Shown here: one piece after another, positions 38,161 through 64,000 of the stretch
Layout of the letters: every line of letters begins with the position of its first letter
How positions within the stretch are numbered: the first letter of the stretch is position 1
From: Eledone cirrhosa
Taxonomy: Eukaryota
Assembly (NCBI GenBank): GCA_964016885.1
Contig: OZ024749.1
Coordinates: 52,762,001-52,826,000, forward strand
Length of the DNA: 64,000 bases
Reading direction: 5' to 3'
Notes under the pieces: model-generated
Told to the model about the DNA's origin: nothing
Databases searched by the model: none
Seen by the model: only the letters and a program-made list of their open reading frames with translations
Made by a program: the position numbers and the translations under genes

Positions 38161-41100
38161 CATCATCATCATCATCATCATCACCGTTTTACGTCCGTTC
38201 TTCCACGCTAGCATGGGTTAGACGGGTTGTCCTGTTGTGGGCAGTGTCTGGTCGGCTGACCATGCCTTGCTCATACAGGAACTGATCTGGCTTGATTTCT
38301 ACAGCTGGATGCCCTTCCTAACACCAACCTCATTTACAGTGAGTGCTGGGTGCTTTTTCGTGGCGCCTACACGTCCACTTTACAGTGTGGGCTGGGTGCT
38401 TTTTTGCCGTGGCACCTCCACGACCACCTTGCGGTGGGGGGGGGGGGGGGGGGCATATTGTTTATATGCTTCAGCATGTACCCATGGGAGGTCGGGTACC
38501 CTGTATTACTGCGTGACGCCAGAAGTCACGGTCGTGTGTCATTGACTTTGAGAGGTGTAGTTGGGTAAGGTCGGCTTTTATCACCTCATCCCAAGTCATC
38601 TTGGGTCTCCCCACTCCGCGGTTTCCATCAACTTCTAGTGCTCTGCACCTTTTTATGCAGCTGTCATCCTTCATACGCATCACATGTCCATACCAGCGTA
38701 ACCGCCTCTCCTGCACGCAGCATTTGATTCCTCTTATGCTCAGTCTCTCTCTCAATTCATTTATGCTTTGTCGTTCACGTATATTACTGTTACACATCCA
38801 TCGGAGCATGCAGGCTTCGTTTCTCTCTAATCTACGTAAGTCTTCCACCTTCAGCGCCCAGGTCTCACTACCATGCAACATCGCTGTTCGGATACACGCA
38901 TCATACAGTCTGCCTTTCATTCTGAGGGAGAAGCCTTTTGCAGCTAGCAGTGGTAGTAGTTCCCTAAACTTCTTCCATCCCGTTCTTACCCTAGTTATTG
39001 TACTTTCTGAGCACCCACCTCCGTTGCTAATTCGGTCACCTAGGTAGCAGAAGCTGTCTACTGTTTCTACAGGGCCCTCCCAGAGATTGGTGGTACTTGT
39101 TTCCTGTGGCTGTTTGCTTGCTGTTTCAGCACAGCTGCTGCATGTGAATCCTACATTCTTAATTAAGCTTCCTGAGATCCCGCTACATCTCTTGTGTACC
39201 CATTGTTTGCATTTGGGGCAAAGAATGGAGTTCCTACCTACACCTTTCCTACATACTGAGCAAGGCCATTTCCCTGAGGGGATCTGGGTTCTGTTTTCTC
39301 GTCTACTTATAAGGACCTTAGTCTTTGTCATGTTGACTTTGAGGCCCTTTCTCTCTAGTCCCTGCTTCCAGGTTTGGAATTTATTCTCTAGTTCTACCAT
39401 AGATTCAGCTATGAGTGCGAGGTCATCAGCATACAGGAGTTCCCATGGGCATCCGGTCTTAAACTCCTCCGTTATTGCCTGCAGGACTATGATGAACAGG
39501 AGAGGGCTAAGAACAGAGCCCTGGTGGACCCCAACCTGTACGCTAAATTCCTCGCTATACTCATTGCCAATCCTAACTTTGCTGACTGCTCCCCTATACA
39601 TGGCTTGTACCGCTTTCACAAGCCATTCATCTACTCCTAGTTTTCTAAGAGCCCACCAGATTACTGCACGTGGAACTCTGTCAAAGGCTTTCTCAAGGTC
39701 GACAAATGCCAAGTAGAGTGGCTTACTTTTAGCTAGGTACTTTTCCTGTAATTGCCTCACAAGGAAGAGCGCATCAGTGGTGCCTTTCCCTGGAACAAAC
39801 CCAAATTGCATCTCGTCTATATTCACCCGGTCCCTAATCAGCTGTGCTATAACTCTTTCTGTTACTTTCATGACCTGGTCCATCAACTTTATACCTCTAT
39901 AGTTTCCTCTATCTAGTGCATCGCCTTTACCTTTGTAGCAGTTGACAATGATGCTACTGCACCAATCTTTTGGTATGGCCCCCTCTAGTATTACCTGGTT
40001 AACGATACGTGTGGTTATAGTGTGACCTACAGACCCAGATGCCTTCAGCATCTCGGCAGCTATACCCGATGGACCGGTTGCCTTCCCTATCTTCATATCT
40101 CTGATTGCCTTACTTACTACGCTGCCGCTGACTTGTACTGCTGGTCCCTCTATAGGGTCTACGTGGGGTAGGGTCTCTTCTTCCCATGCATTCTCCTCAT
40201 TTAGTAATCTATCATAATGACTCTTCCATGCATCTTTCTTCTCAGCACTTGTGAGGGCAAGCTCACCTTTATCATTCCGGATACACTTCTCTCCAATGAC
40301 ATCACAACTATCTCTGACACACTGCCTCGCAATCTTGAATACCTCCTGTTTCTGGTCCTCACGTTGTAAAACATGCTTGAATTTTCTATCCTCTGCTTCC
40401 CTCCTAGCTAAGTATACTTGTCGCCTAGCTTCCCTCTTGGTCTCTATGTAATGTACCCTGCTCCCCCTGTTCTTCCATTCTTTCCATGCCTGTCTCTTGG
40501 CCTTGACTGCTTCATCTACCTTATTGTTCCACCACCAAGTCACTCTCCTCCTGCTTGAGGTCTTACTCCAGCCACAAACCTCATCCGTCGCCTCTAGTAA
40601 GTTATTTTTTAGGAACTCCCAGTTCTCTTCTACGTTAAATGTCTCTATCTGTTCTTCTTTACTGTCGTAGGCGTTGAGTAAAATATCTTTAAATCTGTTA
40701 CTGGTTGAGGGGACTTTCAGCTTCCAGATCTTTCTTCTCCAGGTTGGCCTCTGTTTCAGGGCTCGTCTAGTTCTGACCGTGAGGTCGCTGACAACTAAGC
40801 TATGTTGGGATGTACATTCCTCACTAGGGAAGGCTTTTGTGTTTACGACCGTCCATCTGTCACGTCCTCTGATGAGGATAAAATCTAACTGACTAGAGTG
40901 CTCCCCTGATCTATAGGTGATCAGGTGGTTGTCGGGTTTTTTAAAGTTTGTGTTACATATCGACATGTCATTGGCGTCGCAGAATTCTAGAAGTCTGAAT
41001 CCTTCCTCATTCCTTGTGCCAACTCCATGGCCTCCATGTACTCTATTGAAGCCGTCGCAGTGTTTACCTACGTGTCCGTTAAAATCTCCTGCAATGATTA

Positions 41101-41245
41101 GGAAGTCCTTGTCGTCTGTTAGAGCAGTAGTGTGTATTAGGGACTCGTAAAACCTATCCTTAAGTTCGTCTGGCAGCCCCGATTGGGGTGCGTAAGCTGA
41201 TATTATTGTGGTAATTGTCTTATTCAGGACTAGTCTGAGTTTAAT
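38161..41245 (-). mobile_element. Second copy of the same RTE LINE, 5'-truncated within the endonuclease
   Basis: Essentially identical to 16722-19794; homology stops at ..ctgagtttaat (41245). The N-terminal ~30 aa of ORF 38471..41335 are flanking minisatellite. Confidence 0.95.
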
Positions 41246-42030
41246 ATACTCAATATATAAAAAGGTATATATATACTCAATATGTAAACAGATGTATATA
41301 CATACAATATATAAACAGGTGTATATACTCAACATATAAAAAGGTATATATACTCAATATGTAAACAGGTATATATATACATAATATGTTTGAAGATATG
41401 TATACACTCAGTATGTAAAAGGGTATATATACACACAATATGTAAACAGGTATATATATACATAATATGTTTGAAGATATGTATACACTCAGTATGTAAA
41501 AGGGTATATATATACACGTGTGTATCATGACTCGTGCACTGTTCATTTTACTGATGTTTGTGCATTGCCCTATGTACTGTACATGCACTTTTTTGATGAG
41601 TTGTGGTGCACCTGGGCACTGTACACAATATTTCATTATTGTTATTGTTATTATATCATGACTCATACACTGTTTATTTTCCTGACATTTGTACATTATT
41701 CTATGTACTATACATGCACCTTTGATGAGTTGTAGTGCACCTGAGCACTGTACACAATAATTTCATTATTATTATTATTTAATATGCTAACAGGAAGATA
41801 TATACACAATATGTTTGAAGATATATATACACTCAGTATGTAAACAAGAAGATATACATTCAATATGCTAACAGGAAGATATATACTCAATATATTTGAA
41901 GATATATATACACTCAGTATGTAAACAGGAAGATATACACTCAATATGATATATATAGCTGTATATTCAATATACTAACAAGAAAATATATATACTTAGC
42001 ATGTAAACATATATATATACTCAATATATA
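41246..42030. repeat. ~28-bp minisatellite (TATACTCAATATGTAAACAGGTATA), also seen at 37700-37731 and 38139-38160
   Basis: The same unit flanks and separates both RTE insertions. Confidence 0.75.
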
Positions 42031-42691
42031 TACATAAAGATTCAAGATAGAATAGTCATTATGTATATAATACTGCAGATATTGTATAACAGCTATTGTA
42101 TGTTGGTTCTAAAATATGTAATGTATGTATAAGTGTGTGTGTATATGTATGTGCAGATGTGTGTATGCATGAGTATGTGAGTGTGTGTGTATACATGAGT
42201 GTTTGAGAGTGTATTGTGAGTATGTATGTGCATGTGTATATATATATATATACATATATAAACATATATAAAGTTATATCTGTATGTGAATCTATACATG
42301 TGTGTGTGTGTATGTGTGTCTGAGTGCATATATGTATGTGTCTGTATGTGCATCTGTATATGTGTGTGTGTGTATGTGTGTGCTATTCCTTCTGATATAG
42401 AAGTTATGTCTAGAATGTATACATGCTTCACAATCCTTCACTGATTGTATTGCAGATTGTTGAAACTTATTACGATGCTTCTCTTGGTTTTCTTCACCGC
42501 TGACCTCTGATAAGTATTTACAGGCATAAGAATTCAGGAAGTGAAACAATCATGATCTTTTTAAATAGAAATCCTTCCTAATAAAATTTGGAAATTTACT
42601 TGTTTCACTTTTTATGTTTTACTTAGAAATCTAAAAATAATTTTTGGGGTTTGTTTTCGACAAAGCAATTACCATCTCTCTATGAAGCCAT

Positions 42692-42952
42692 GTCATTATC
42701 ATTTTTATGTCTGTTTTTTTTTCCATGTTTGCATGGGTTGGACAAGTCCTTTTCATCACAGCATCTCTCCACTTGCCACATTTCTGCATGATATCCTCTG
42801 TGAGTCTCAGTGATTTGATGTCAGCTCTCACAACATCTGCCCATGTCTTCCTCGGTCTGCCTCTTCCACGGCTTCTTTCCACAGGGATTTCCTGGCACTT
42901 CTTCACCCATCGATCATCATCCATGCTCATCACATGTCCATACCAATGCAGT
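42692..42952 (-). mobile_element. Older RTE LINE 3' remnant
   Basis: RLHWYGHVMSM..RGRGRPRKTWADVVRAD followed by an RTE-type 3' end. Confidence 0.85.
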
Positions 42953-43080
42953 CTATATATATATATATATAGCCGATCAACTTTTATCAAATCAGACCGA
43001 GGAAACGATGTTTCCATTGGTGTCTTTCCAATTGCTAATATTATCTATCGGTCACAACAGTTGGCAGGTGAACAGTGAGC

Positions 43081-43122
43081 TGTACTGATGAAAGGTGATA
43101 CTCAGAAACATTAGTGTCTGCA
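43081..43122 (+). ncRNA. Minimal hammerhead-like motif
   Basis: TGTA-CTGATGA-aaggtgatactca-GAA-ACAttagTGT-C/TGCA; stem II is decayed. Confidence 0.55.
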
Positions 43123-44034
43123 ATTTTGTTTATATATATATATATATATGAACCCAACTGTGGGTTAAATAGCCACACCAACCCATGGTTGACCAAATGT
43201 GCTGAGTCCAGCTATAGCCTTGACATGACCAAAACTAAACAGAAAGCAGTGGAAGTCAACAGGAGTGGAAAGACCCTGGATTGGATATGTGTATATATGT
43301 TTATATATGTACCTGTAATTCCTTGCAGAGTTCTAGGGATACCATAGGGACATAAATTGGCCATTTTAAACCTTGTGGTGTCCAGCTCCCTTCTCCAGGT
43401 CTGCTCACAGCTGATTTCTTCCAGAGAAGGAAAGATAGGGAGATAGATAGAGTGAGAAAGAAATATACAGGAAGAATTGACCCTATCACTGGACAGGTAC
43501 TTCATTTTTAATTACCTCAAAAGGCTGAAGAGATGAAAGGTAAAGTTGACCTTGGTAGGATTTGAACTTAAAATACAGAGACGGAAAAATACTACAAAAT
43601 ATTCTATCTGATGTTCTAATGATTCCACCAATTCGCTGTCCTTTATTTCTTTATACATTTAGGTGTCATGCTTTGCAGCATAGAGTTATGGTTCTTTACA
43701 GTCTGAGTTAAAATCCCGCTGATGTTAGCTTTGCCTTTCATCCTTACGAGGTCGACCTCAAAATAAAGTACCAGTAATGCACTGGTTTGATTTAATCAAC
43801 TTCCCCCTCCCCTAAAATTACTTGTTTTTGCCTATAATAGAAATCATTGTTCAATAGAAGTAAATTTCTACCAGCTGCAAACAATTATGATGGAAAAACC
43901 ATAGATAAATATATAAACACTTTAAAATTTTAATCATTTTTTTAAATCATAGAACTAGGCACGTTCTCAAGTAGTTCTGTTGTCAAGAGAGCTCATAATT
44001 TAGAAGTGGTGTAAAAATATACTTATGTATACAT

Positions 44035-44530
44035 GATAACATACATGCAGTCCACTCTGTCAAGTGGTAGTGTTTGTGTCATGGTAACATACACCCAGTA
44101 CACTCTGTAAAGTAGTAGTGTTGGTGTCATTATAAAATACACCCAGTGCACTCTGTAAAGTGGTAGTGCTGGTGCCATGATAAAATACACCCAGTCCACT
44201 CTGTAAAATGGTAGTGTTGGTGTCATGATAAAATACACCCAGTCCACTCTGTAAAGTGGTAGTGATGGTGCCATGATAAAATACACCCAGTCCACTCTGT
44301 AAAGTAGTAGTGTTGGTGTCATTATAAAATACACCCAGTGCACTCTGTAAAGTGGTAGTGCTGGTTCCATGATAAAATACACCCAGTCCACTCTGTAAAG
44401 TGGTAGTGTTGGTGTCATGATAAAATACACCCAGTACACTCTGTAAAGTGGTAGTGATGGTGCCATGATAAAATACACCCAGTCCACTCTGTAAAGTGGT
44501 AGTGTTGGTGCCATGATAAAATACATTAGG
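44035..44530. repeat. 48-bp minisatellite related to the RTE 3'UTR repeat
   Basis: Unit CACCCAGTCCACTCTGTAAAGTGGTAGTGTTGGTGCCATGATAAAATA, ~10 copies. Confidence 0.9.
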
Positions 44531-46216
44531 TACACTCAGGGCCATATCATTCATATTGTTAAATAAAGTGAAACCTTTGAAAGATTGTGATGTCCAGAGG
44601 AGTGACCCAGTGACCCGGACGTTATTTAATAAAATGCACCTAGTACACTCTGTCAAGTGGTAGTTGTGGTGTTGGTGGTGGTGGTGGCGGAGGTGGTGGC
44701 GGCAGTAGTGATGATGATAGTGGTGGTGGTGGTGGTGGTGGTGATGATGATGGTGGTGGTGGTGATGATAGTGGCGGTGTTAGTGTTTGGGGTGGTGATG
44801 GTGGTGGTGATGATGATGATAGTTGCGGTAGTGATGATGATGATGATGATGATGATGATAATGCTGGATGATGACGGTGATGATAATGATGATGATGATG
44901 CTGGTGATGATGACGATGATGATAGACCTCCTAATATTGGTCACTTCTGTTTAATCCAGGATTCTGGGATGGAACCGTTCGTCCTCCTGTGATGTAACAG
45001 TCAAATCCTAACATGTATCAGTAGGTTAGACCTCTCCTCTGTATTTTCCAATGATTCATAATCTATAATTTCCTGTCACTTGAAAACAATTTCTCAATAA
45101 ACACTTTAATCGTAAGATTTTGTTTTGATACAAATTTCAAAACAACTTTGTTGTTACATGTTACTGAGTCTGCGAGTCGCTTCCGTCCCCACTCCCTTTT
45201 TTTTTCTACACTTATGATCACACCACCCACCAACTCTATTTTTTTCTTCATTTATGATCCCCCACCCACAAACCACTCCTATTTTTTCTTCATTTAGGAG
45301 CCCTCACCACAACCCCACTCATTTTTTTTTCTACATTTATGTGCAAAATAAACTCCTTAACCCTTTAGTATTTAAACCAGCCATATCCAGCCAGAATTCT
45401 CTCACCTCTTTCTGTTCAAACTGGCCATAACTGGCCACTCATACTGACGTTAAGGTATTGTTCTCAAAATAAATAACATCAAAATCTCATAGATTCGATA
45501 TTATGTAAGATAATTATGTAAGATAAAGCCTTTACCACAATAATACAATAGTATATATAGAGTAAGGTAAATGTTATGTGAGATATTATGTGAGGTAAAG
45601 CCTTTACCACAATAATACAATAGTATATATAGAGTAATGTAAATATTAAAGGGTTAATCTATCAGCCCTGTTACTGTAATTTGACCCTATATAGACAAAC
45701 CCCCACACACCATACAGTTTCACCCATTACAGAAGTATACTGTATTGTTCCATATATATATATCACAGATTTTTTTTCACTTTTTTCTTTGTTTGCTTGG
45801 GTTTTTTTTGTTTCCAGCTATTTTTCCAGACCAGAAAACAACCAGCAGAAGACAGGAAACTGTACCAACAATCAACCAACACCAAATATTTTTTTACTTC
45901 AATTGTACCTTATCTTATACAATATTATGGATCTTTTGACTTCAATCACACTTTCTGAGTTCAAAGTGAGCTGAGGTCAACTTTGCCTTTCATCCATTCA
46001 CGGTCAATAAAAAAAAGTACCAGTCTAGTACTGGGTTAATATTTCCTAGATATCTCTTCTTCTCTATCTCTTTCTCTTCTTCTCTGTAAGAATTTGGCTA
46101 TGTTCAGACCAACCAGGAGTGGAGATAGGTTCTACCAAGTTTTAAAATGCCTAAGATGTGCCATATATCACTGCAGCACCCCACAACTCTATCAGGAGTT
46201 ATAAATCCATACATAC

Positions 46217-46406
46217 ATAATTGTTTCTACTTTTGGCACAAGGCCAGCAATTATCCCAGTGTATTACTGGTACTTTATTTTATCGACCCCGTAAGGATGA
46301 AAGGCAAAGTTAACCTCAGCGGGATTTGAACTCAGACCGTAAAGGGACGTAACTGTACTGGAAAGCATGGCGTCCGACCCTCTACCGATACTGCCAATCC
46401 ACCGCC
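46217..46406 (-). mobile_element. Same SINE family, full length, upstream of KRI1
   Basis: TSD catacatacataatt on both sides. Intronic copies at 48752-48932(-), 50332-50510(+), 53236-53420(-). Confidence 0.85.
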
Positions 46407-46847
46407 CATACATACATAATTTCATTAAATCATACTATACTACATCCTTCTTACACATTCATTTAACACAGTAACCTGTCTTGAAGCTTAGCATATGCTT
46501 CAAATCCCCTGCACTGACACAAGGGGAGAGTGATCTACCTACTTTCTTGTCTAAGCCTACTAAATCTAGATGTAGCAATGATCTCACCACCACCAAACCA
46601 TCATCCACATCACCATCATACACACACACAAACACACATCATCACTACTATTGCTATTGATATCAGTCACCACCACCAACAACAATTCCACCACCATTAT
46701 CATCACAACCACCACGTTTTACAAATTTGCAATGGGACGCTACAAAGATCCTACAGTCTAAAATATATGTATTTCTTCTATTTCAGAGAGTTACAATCAG
46801 GGGAGATAATCTTTAGAATCTAACGTGTATAAAATCTGTAAACAAAA

Positions 46848-59238
<12,391 letters not shown>

Positions 59239-60651
59239 AAATGACTTTTTGTTGCAAATCTTTTGTGCTGTGATGTTTCATTAAATTCTTTTTTTTTATT
59301 TTATTTAATATTAACTTTCTCTACTGTTGTCTGAAGATTGGCAACGTTACAATTTGTTATATATATATTAGCACAGATTAACAGTTTAAGCAAATAATTT
59401 CTGCCTTCATCCTGAGTGGGATCATCTGAAACTGAAGAATATCAATCTGTGGATGCAGAAGTAAATATTTTTAAAAATTACAACCAAATATTGCCTTTAG
59501 AAGATAGAAAGGCAACAGTGGTGTGTGAAGATTATTATATATATATATAAAATCACCCAGCACTCACTGTAAATGAGGTTGGTGTTATGAAGGGCATCCA
59601 GCTGTAGAAATCAAGCCAGAATCAGTTCCCGTTCCACCCGTGCAAGCAGGGAAAAGCGGACGTAAAATGATGAAAAAAAAAATGAAATATATATATATAT
59701 ATGATAAAGTTATATCTGTATAAATACTGTGTGTGTAACCAAGACTGTAACAATGTATAAATATACATAGTTTTAATATGTAGTAGACATGACAACATGC
59801 CAGAAAATATGAATTTCCCTGTAACATATACATAATTACATACAGATCATAAATACGCATACTTTTACAAATATATATTTAATATAATACATATACATTC
59901 ATGTCTTTATATTTACACAAAACCCATTAACAGATAATTAACTCTTGACATCCTGTGATGATTTAGTAGAAAATATCTAAAAAACAGGATTGTTAATTCA
60001 AATGTTTATAGTATCTTTTCTATTGAATAGATCATTGTAATAAATTGCAGTATTAGAGTAAAAGACTTTAATATTTAATGTAATGCAGTCATAATGTTGT
60101 TTTACACTAAATGTTTATAGTATCTTTATTAGTGAACAGATTATTGTAAAATTTTGCAGTATTAGAGTAAAGACTTTAATATTTAATGTCATAGTGCTGT
60201 TTTCTATTTTTCAAGAATGTCTTGCAAATGTGGTTTCATGTAGTACAGGACATTAAGAATTAAAATGTACACATATAACATTCAGTCTTAATTAACAAAC
60301 ATGTGATAATTACTTTAAAAGCTGTGATTAGCTCCTGATAAGTTGAATCAGTAACATATTTTCAGATCTTTGTTAGTTGTTTCACCACTTTGATACTTGT
60401 AAAGTCTTTGAGAAATTTATAAATATTACCAACATCTCATTGACCTTCTTAAAAATATGGTCTTGTGCCTGCTCAAATGAAAACCATGTGAATTTACAAT
60501 CATAATTATATATAAAAAGTAAAGGGTAAAGACCCTCCTGTCACGAATGACCGTGGGAGTTGTACCTAGAAAGTTCCTCCAGAAGCCCAAGCAAGGTGTT
60601 TTGTGGAAGACCAGCAGTCACCTAATCTCTACGCCATCGATGTTGTCTAAT

Positions 60652-61236
60652 ACAGCTTGGCACTAGTGATGTAGCAGCATATATATTATATATACACTAT
60701 GTATGATATCCAAGGGAAAGGCAGAAGCTGACACAGTTTGGCATCAGTGATGTAGCAGCATATATATTATATATACACTATGTATGATATCCAAGGGAAA
60801 GGCAGAAGCTGACACAGCTTGGCATCAGTGATGTAGCAGCATATATATTATATATACACTATGTATGATATCCAAGAGAAAGGCAGAAGCTGACACAGCT
60901 TGGCATCAGTGATGTAGCAGCATATATATTATATATACACTATGTATGATATCCAAGGGAAAGACAGAAGCTGACACAGCTTGGCATCAGTGATGTAGCA
61001 GTATATATATTATATATACACTATGTATGATATCCAAGAGAAAGGCAGAAGCTGACACAGCTTGGCATCAGTGATGTAGCAGCATATATATTATATATAC
61101 ACTATGTATGATATCCAAGGGAAAGGCAGAAGCTGACACAGCTTGGCACTAGTGATGTAGCAGCATATATATTATATATACACTATGTATGATATCCAAG
61201 GGAAAGGCAGAAGCTGACACAGCTTGGCATCAGTGA
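60652..61236. repeat. 81-bp tandem repeat, ~7 copies, grown from a SINE tail segment
   Basis: Unit GTGATGTAGCAGCATATATATTATATATACACTATGTATGATATCCAAGGGAAAGGCAGAAGCTGACACAGCTTGGCATCA. Confidence 0.9.
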
Positions 61237-61879
61237 AATTACGCATCAAATATAGTGTATGTGTGTGTATATATGAAGGATTCGTGACCCCGATGGCTGA
61301 GCTCCTGCCGTTTCAACAGCTAGATCTGAACCCACTGTACTACCGCAAGTACTCTGGTGAGTAATGGTCTAACTGGTTTTTACTGCATCATTTCTGATAT
61401 ATATATATATATATATATACGCATACACCAAGGCAAAGGCCGATACAACTTAATAGGGTCCTTCCATTGCCTACAACTACTGAAGAAATGGTGTGGAATT
61501 ATTACCAAACCTTTGGAACTCACCAGAATTAATAGTGTAGGGGATGGACAGGAATTTCACTGTTGATAGAAATCATGGAATACAGTTGAACTAAACCACT
61601 GGTCTTGAGTATGGAACGACTTCAGAGATATAATCAAGATTGTAAATACAGTAGACTTGTATCTCACATGGTGTTAGATAGAGCAGTTTCAAACTTACAA
61701 ATGATAAGAAAATATACTTAAAAAGCTGTAAAACTTCTTCCGTCCTATTCTGCATGAAATTACATTACCTAAAGTAAGGGAGAAAACTCCAACTTTTGCT
61801 TTCGTTTTTTGTTTTACTTGGATGTTCTTCCTTAAAGAATTTCTAACTCCTTTGCATCACTTATTGTGTTGCGTTTATA

Positions 61880-62260
61880 TTTCATCCTTTAGTGGTAGAA
61901 ATGCCTTTTAAAAGGACAAGGTGGTAGAAATGCTAAGGGCAGTGAAAAAAGACTTCTGGATGTTATAGAGGTGCCAAGTGTAGCTGTAGAAGTCATTGTA
62001 AACTACATATCTACAGACATGTTGAAATGTATTGTAGTTTGAGGCAGTCAACGAGTTCTAGAGCTCCTTTACAATCAACGGAGAGAAGTGGCAGAGTGCC
62101 AGGGTAATTGGTAAGGAAGGTGTCTTCAACATGATCAAGGAAGACATTGAAGAATTCTGAGGGAGCTTTACAAATAAGGGGAAGAATGTGAACGTTCATC
62201 CATCATCCTGGACACTGGAGACCTTTCTAGTTTTTCACCAGATCCAACTTTTCTAGGATA
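61880..62260 (-). mobile_element. Ancient LINE endonuclease remnant (CR1/L2-like)
   Basis: ICKAPSEFFNVFLDHVED..YP..VDC and a downstream LGTS resemble decayed YRPP..GDFN..PLGTSDH motifs. Confidence 0.35.
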
Positions 62261-63771
62261 TCATCAAGGAGTTGTTAGAATGTTTTGTGGTATTTGTTTC
62301 AGCTGTTGGCACTCTTGAGTTCAAATCCTGCCAAGATCAAAGCAACTTTGCCTTTCATTCTTTCAAAGTCATTAAAAGAAATAAGTACCTGTCCAATACT
62401 GGGGCCTAATTATCTCTAACTCTTTTTTACTTCTTTTCTTTCACTCTCACCTTCTTATAGCAGAGATTAAATGATGATGATGATGATATATATAAAAAGT
62501 TTAGGCAAGGATTATTATTAAACAAATTTAATGAACCCTAATTGTTAATTTACACACATATATGTGTGTGCTGTAAAGTCATGTAGGTGTCAGAATAAAA
62601 AGCACCCAGTATACACTATATTAGGAAAGACATCCAGCCATAGAAATGAAGTCAAAATCACTTCTGTATGAGCAAGACACAGTCACCTGATCTAGTGTGG
62701 AATAATGGACGTTGATGATGATGATATATACACTCAAACACATCAAATCTGTATAAATTTTCCTCTTTTAGTGAATGGTATTTTTTGTATCGATATATTA
62801 TAGTTAGTAAAATATCTATAGTTACTGAAAAGAAAAAACAACGAAATTATCATTTATAAAATATTAATTACGTCTTTAAGCTTCCATAAATTTTAACTAC
62901 AATATTTGAATGTTATTGTTTTAATTTTTCGCGGTCTTTTTTCTCTCACTGGGACATGAAAATATTTAAGGTATTTTATTAGTATCTGATTGATTCTGAT
63001 AATTTTTTCTTTCATGTTGTTAAATCCATTAGTCGCTTTAATAGTAATCCTTGTTTAATCTTTCGTTTATATATTATATATTTCAAATTTATAGATATAT
63101 GTATATATATAGAGAGAAAGAGCCACATATCGTTTGAGAAACAGTATTTTGTACAAGTATCATACATAATGTATATGTTCTGGTACCTTAAATTAGTATG
63201 TATATATATATATATAATATAATATAATATATAACACAATATATATATATATAACACAATATATATATATATATATATAACACAATATATATATATATAA
63301 CACATATATATATAACACAAGTAACTATAGGTTGTATCAAATACGTACAAACACACAAGGTATAGATTTATACTCGTTGCCCTCACAAAAATCCTGGTAA
63401 TATTTCCCTTCCAAAACATTAAATGTATGTACGTAGACCCTTTTATATAAGTACCTGGAAGAACCTGTGAAAATGTGGGTGTTTTAAATAACTCTGGGCA
63501 TTTGGGGAACCAGCCGAGCGCGTAATAAAATATGAACCAATCAGTATTTTCATTGTGGAAATATAAAGATGAAAAATAAATTCAATATATATATAATATT
63601 TTGGCCAGATTCGTTCCAGCTTCGGAACAAATCCTTGGCAAGCATCTATTCTGATTCTTTCTTTACACAATCTGAGTTCAAATTTTGCCGAGGTCAACTT
63701 TGCCTTTCATCCTTCTGGCGTTGATAAAATAAGGTACCAGTCATGTACTGTGGAGGAAATATATGTATATG

Positions 63772-63808
<37 letters not shown>

Positions 63809-64000
63809 GTGAGGTTTTTTTTTACAAAATGAAAAATAACCGAGGTGTCCTACACGAGTGAAAATATAAAGAAAAAAAGATGAAATCGAAAATGCAACTG
63901 GAGTCTTATTTTTTTTAAAATATATATATTTATTTAAAAATAAGACTCCAGTTGCATTTTCGATTTCATCTTTTTTTCTATATATGTATATATATATATA

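Noticed and set aside
42456-42505. Possible plus-strand terminal exon (IVETYYDASLGFLHR*)
   Set aside because: No compatible upstream exons or recognisable homology.
60652-61236. Regularly spaced repeats resembling a CRISPR array (also 51560-51872)
   Set aside because: Units are near-identical head-to-tail with no variable spacers.

Overview
AT-rich, microsatellite-dense animal genomic DNA, not prokaryotic. The repeat landscape suggests a coleoid cephalopod, probably Octopus (inference). Most ORFs in the supplied track are simple-repeat artefacts. Two host genes could be rebuilt by hand: (i) a complete 18-exon KRI1 homolog (+, 46848-59238, 2274-nt CDS, all introns GT-AG and phase-compatible); (ii) the first two coding exons of an allograft inflammatory factor 1 (AIF1/Iba1) gene on the minus strand (24684-24657 and 515-454), separated by a ~24-kb intron. 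The rest is mostly mobile DNA: two near-identical young RTE-clade LINEs whose ORF has a PHD-like C4HC3 finger after the RT core, Tx1/L1 and CR1-like remnants, tRNA-derived SINEs (some with RTE 3' tails), Tc1/mariner, pogo and TTAA-type MITEs, and many mini/microsatellites. The most striking unannotated signal is about ten type-I hammerhead-ribozyme motifs from several unrelated sequence families. About half sit in short non-coding foldback elements, most are bounded by (TA)n, and the architecture resembles Penelope-like pseudo-LTRs. They show recurring core variants: U10.1-U11.1, U3-A8 and palindromic stem III. All folds were read by eye; none was computed or tested.
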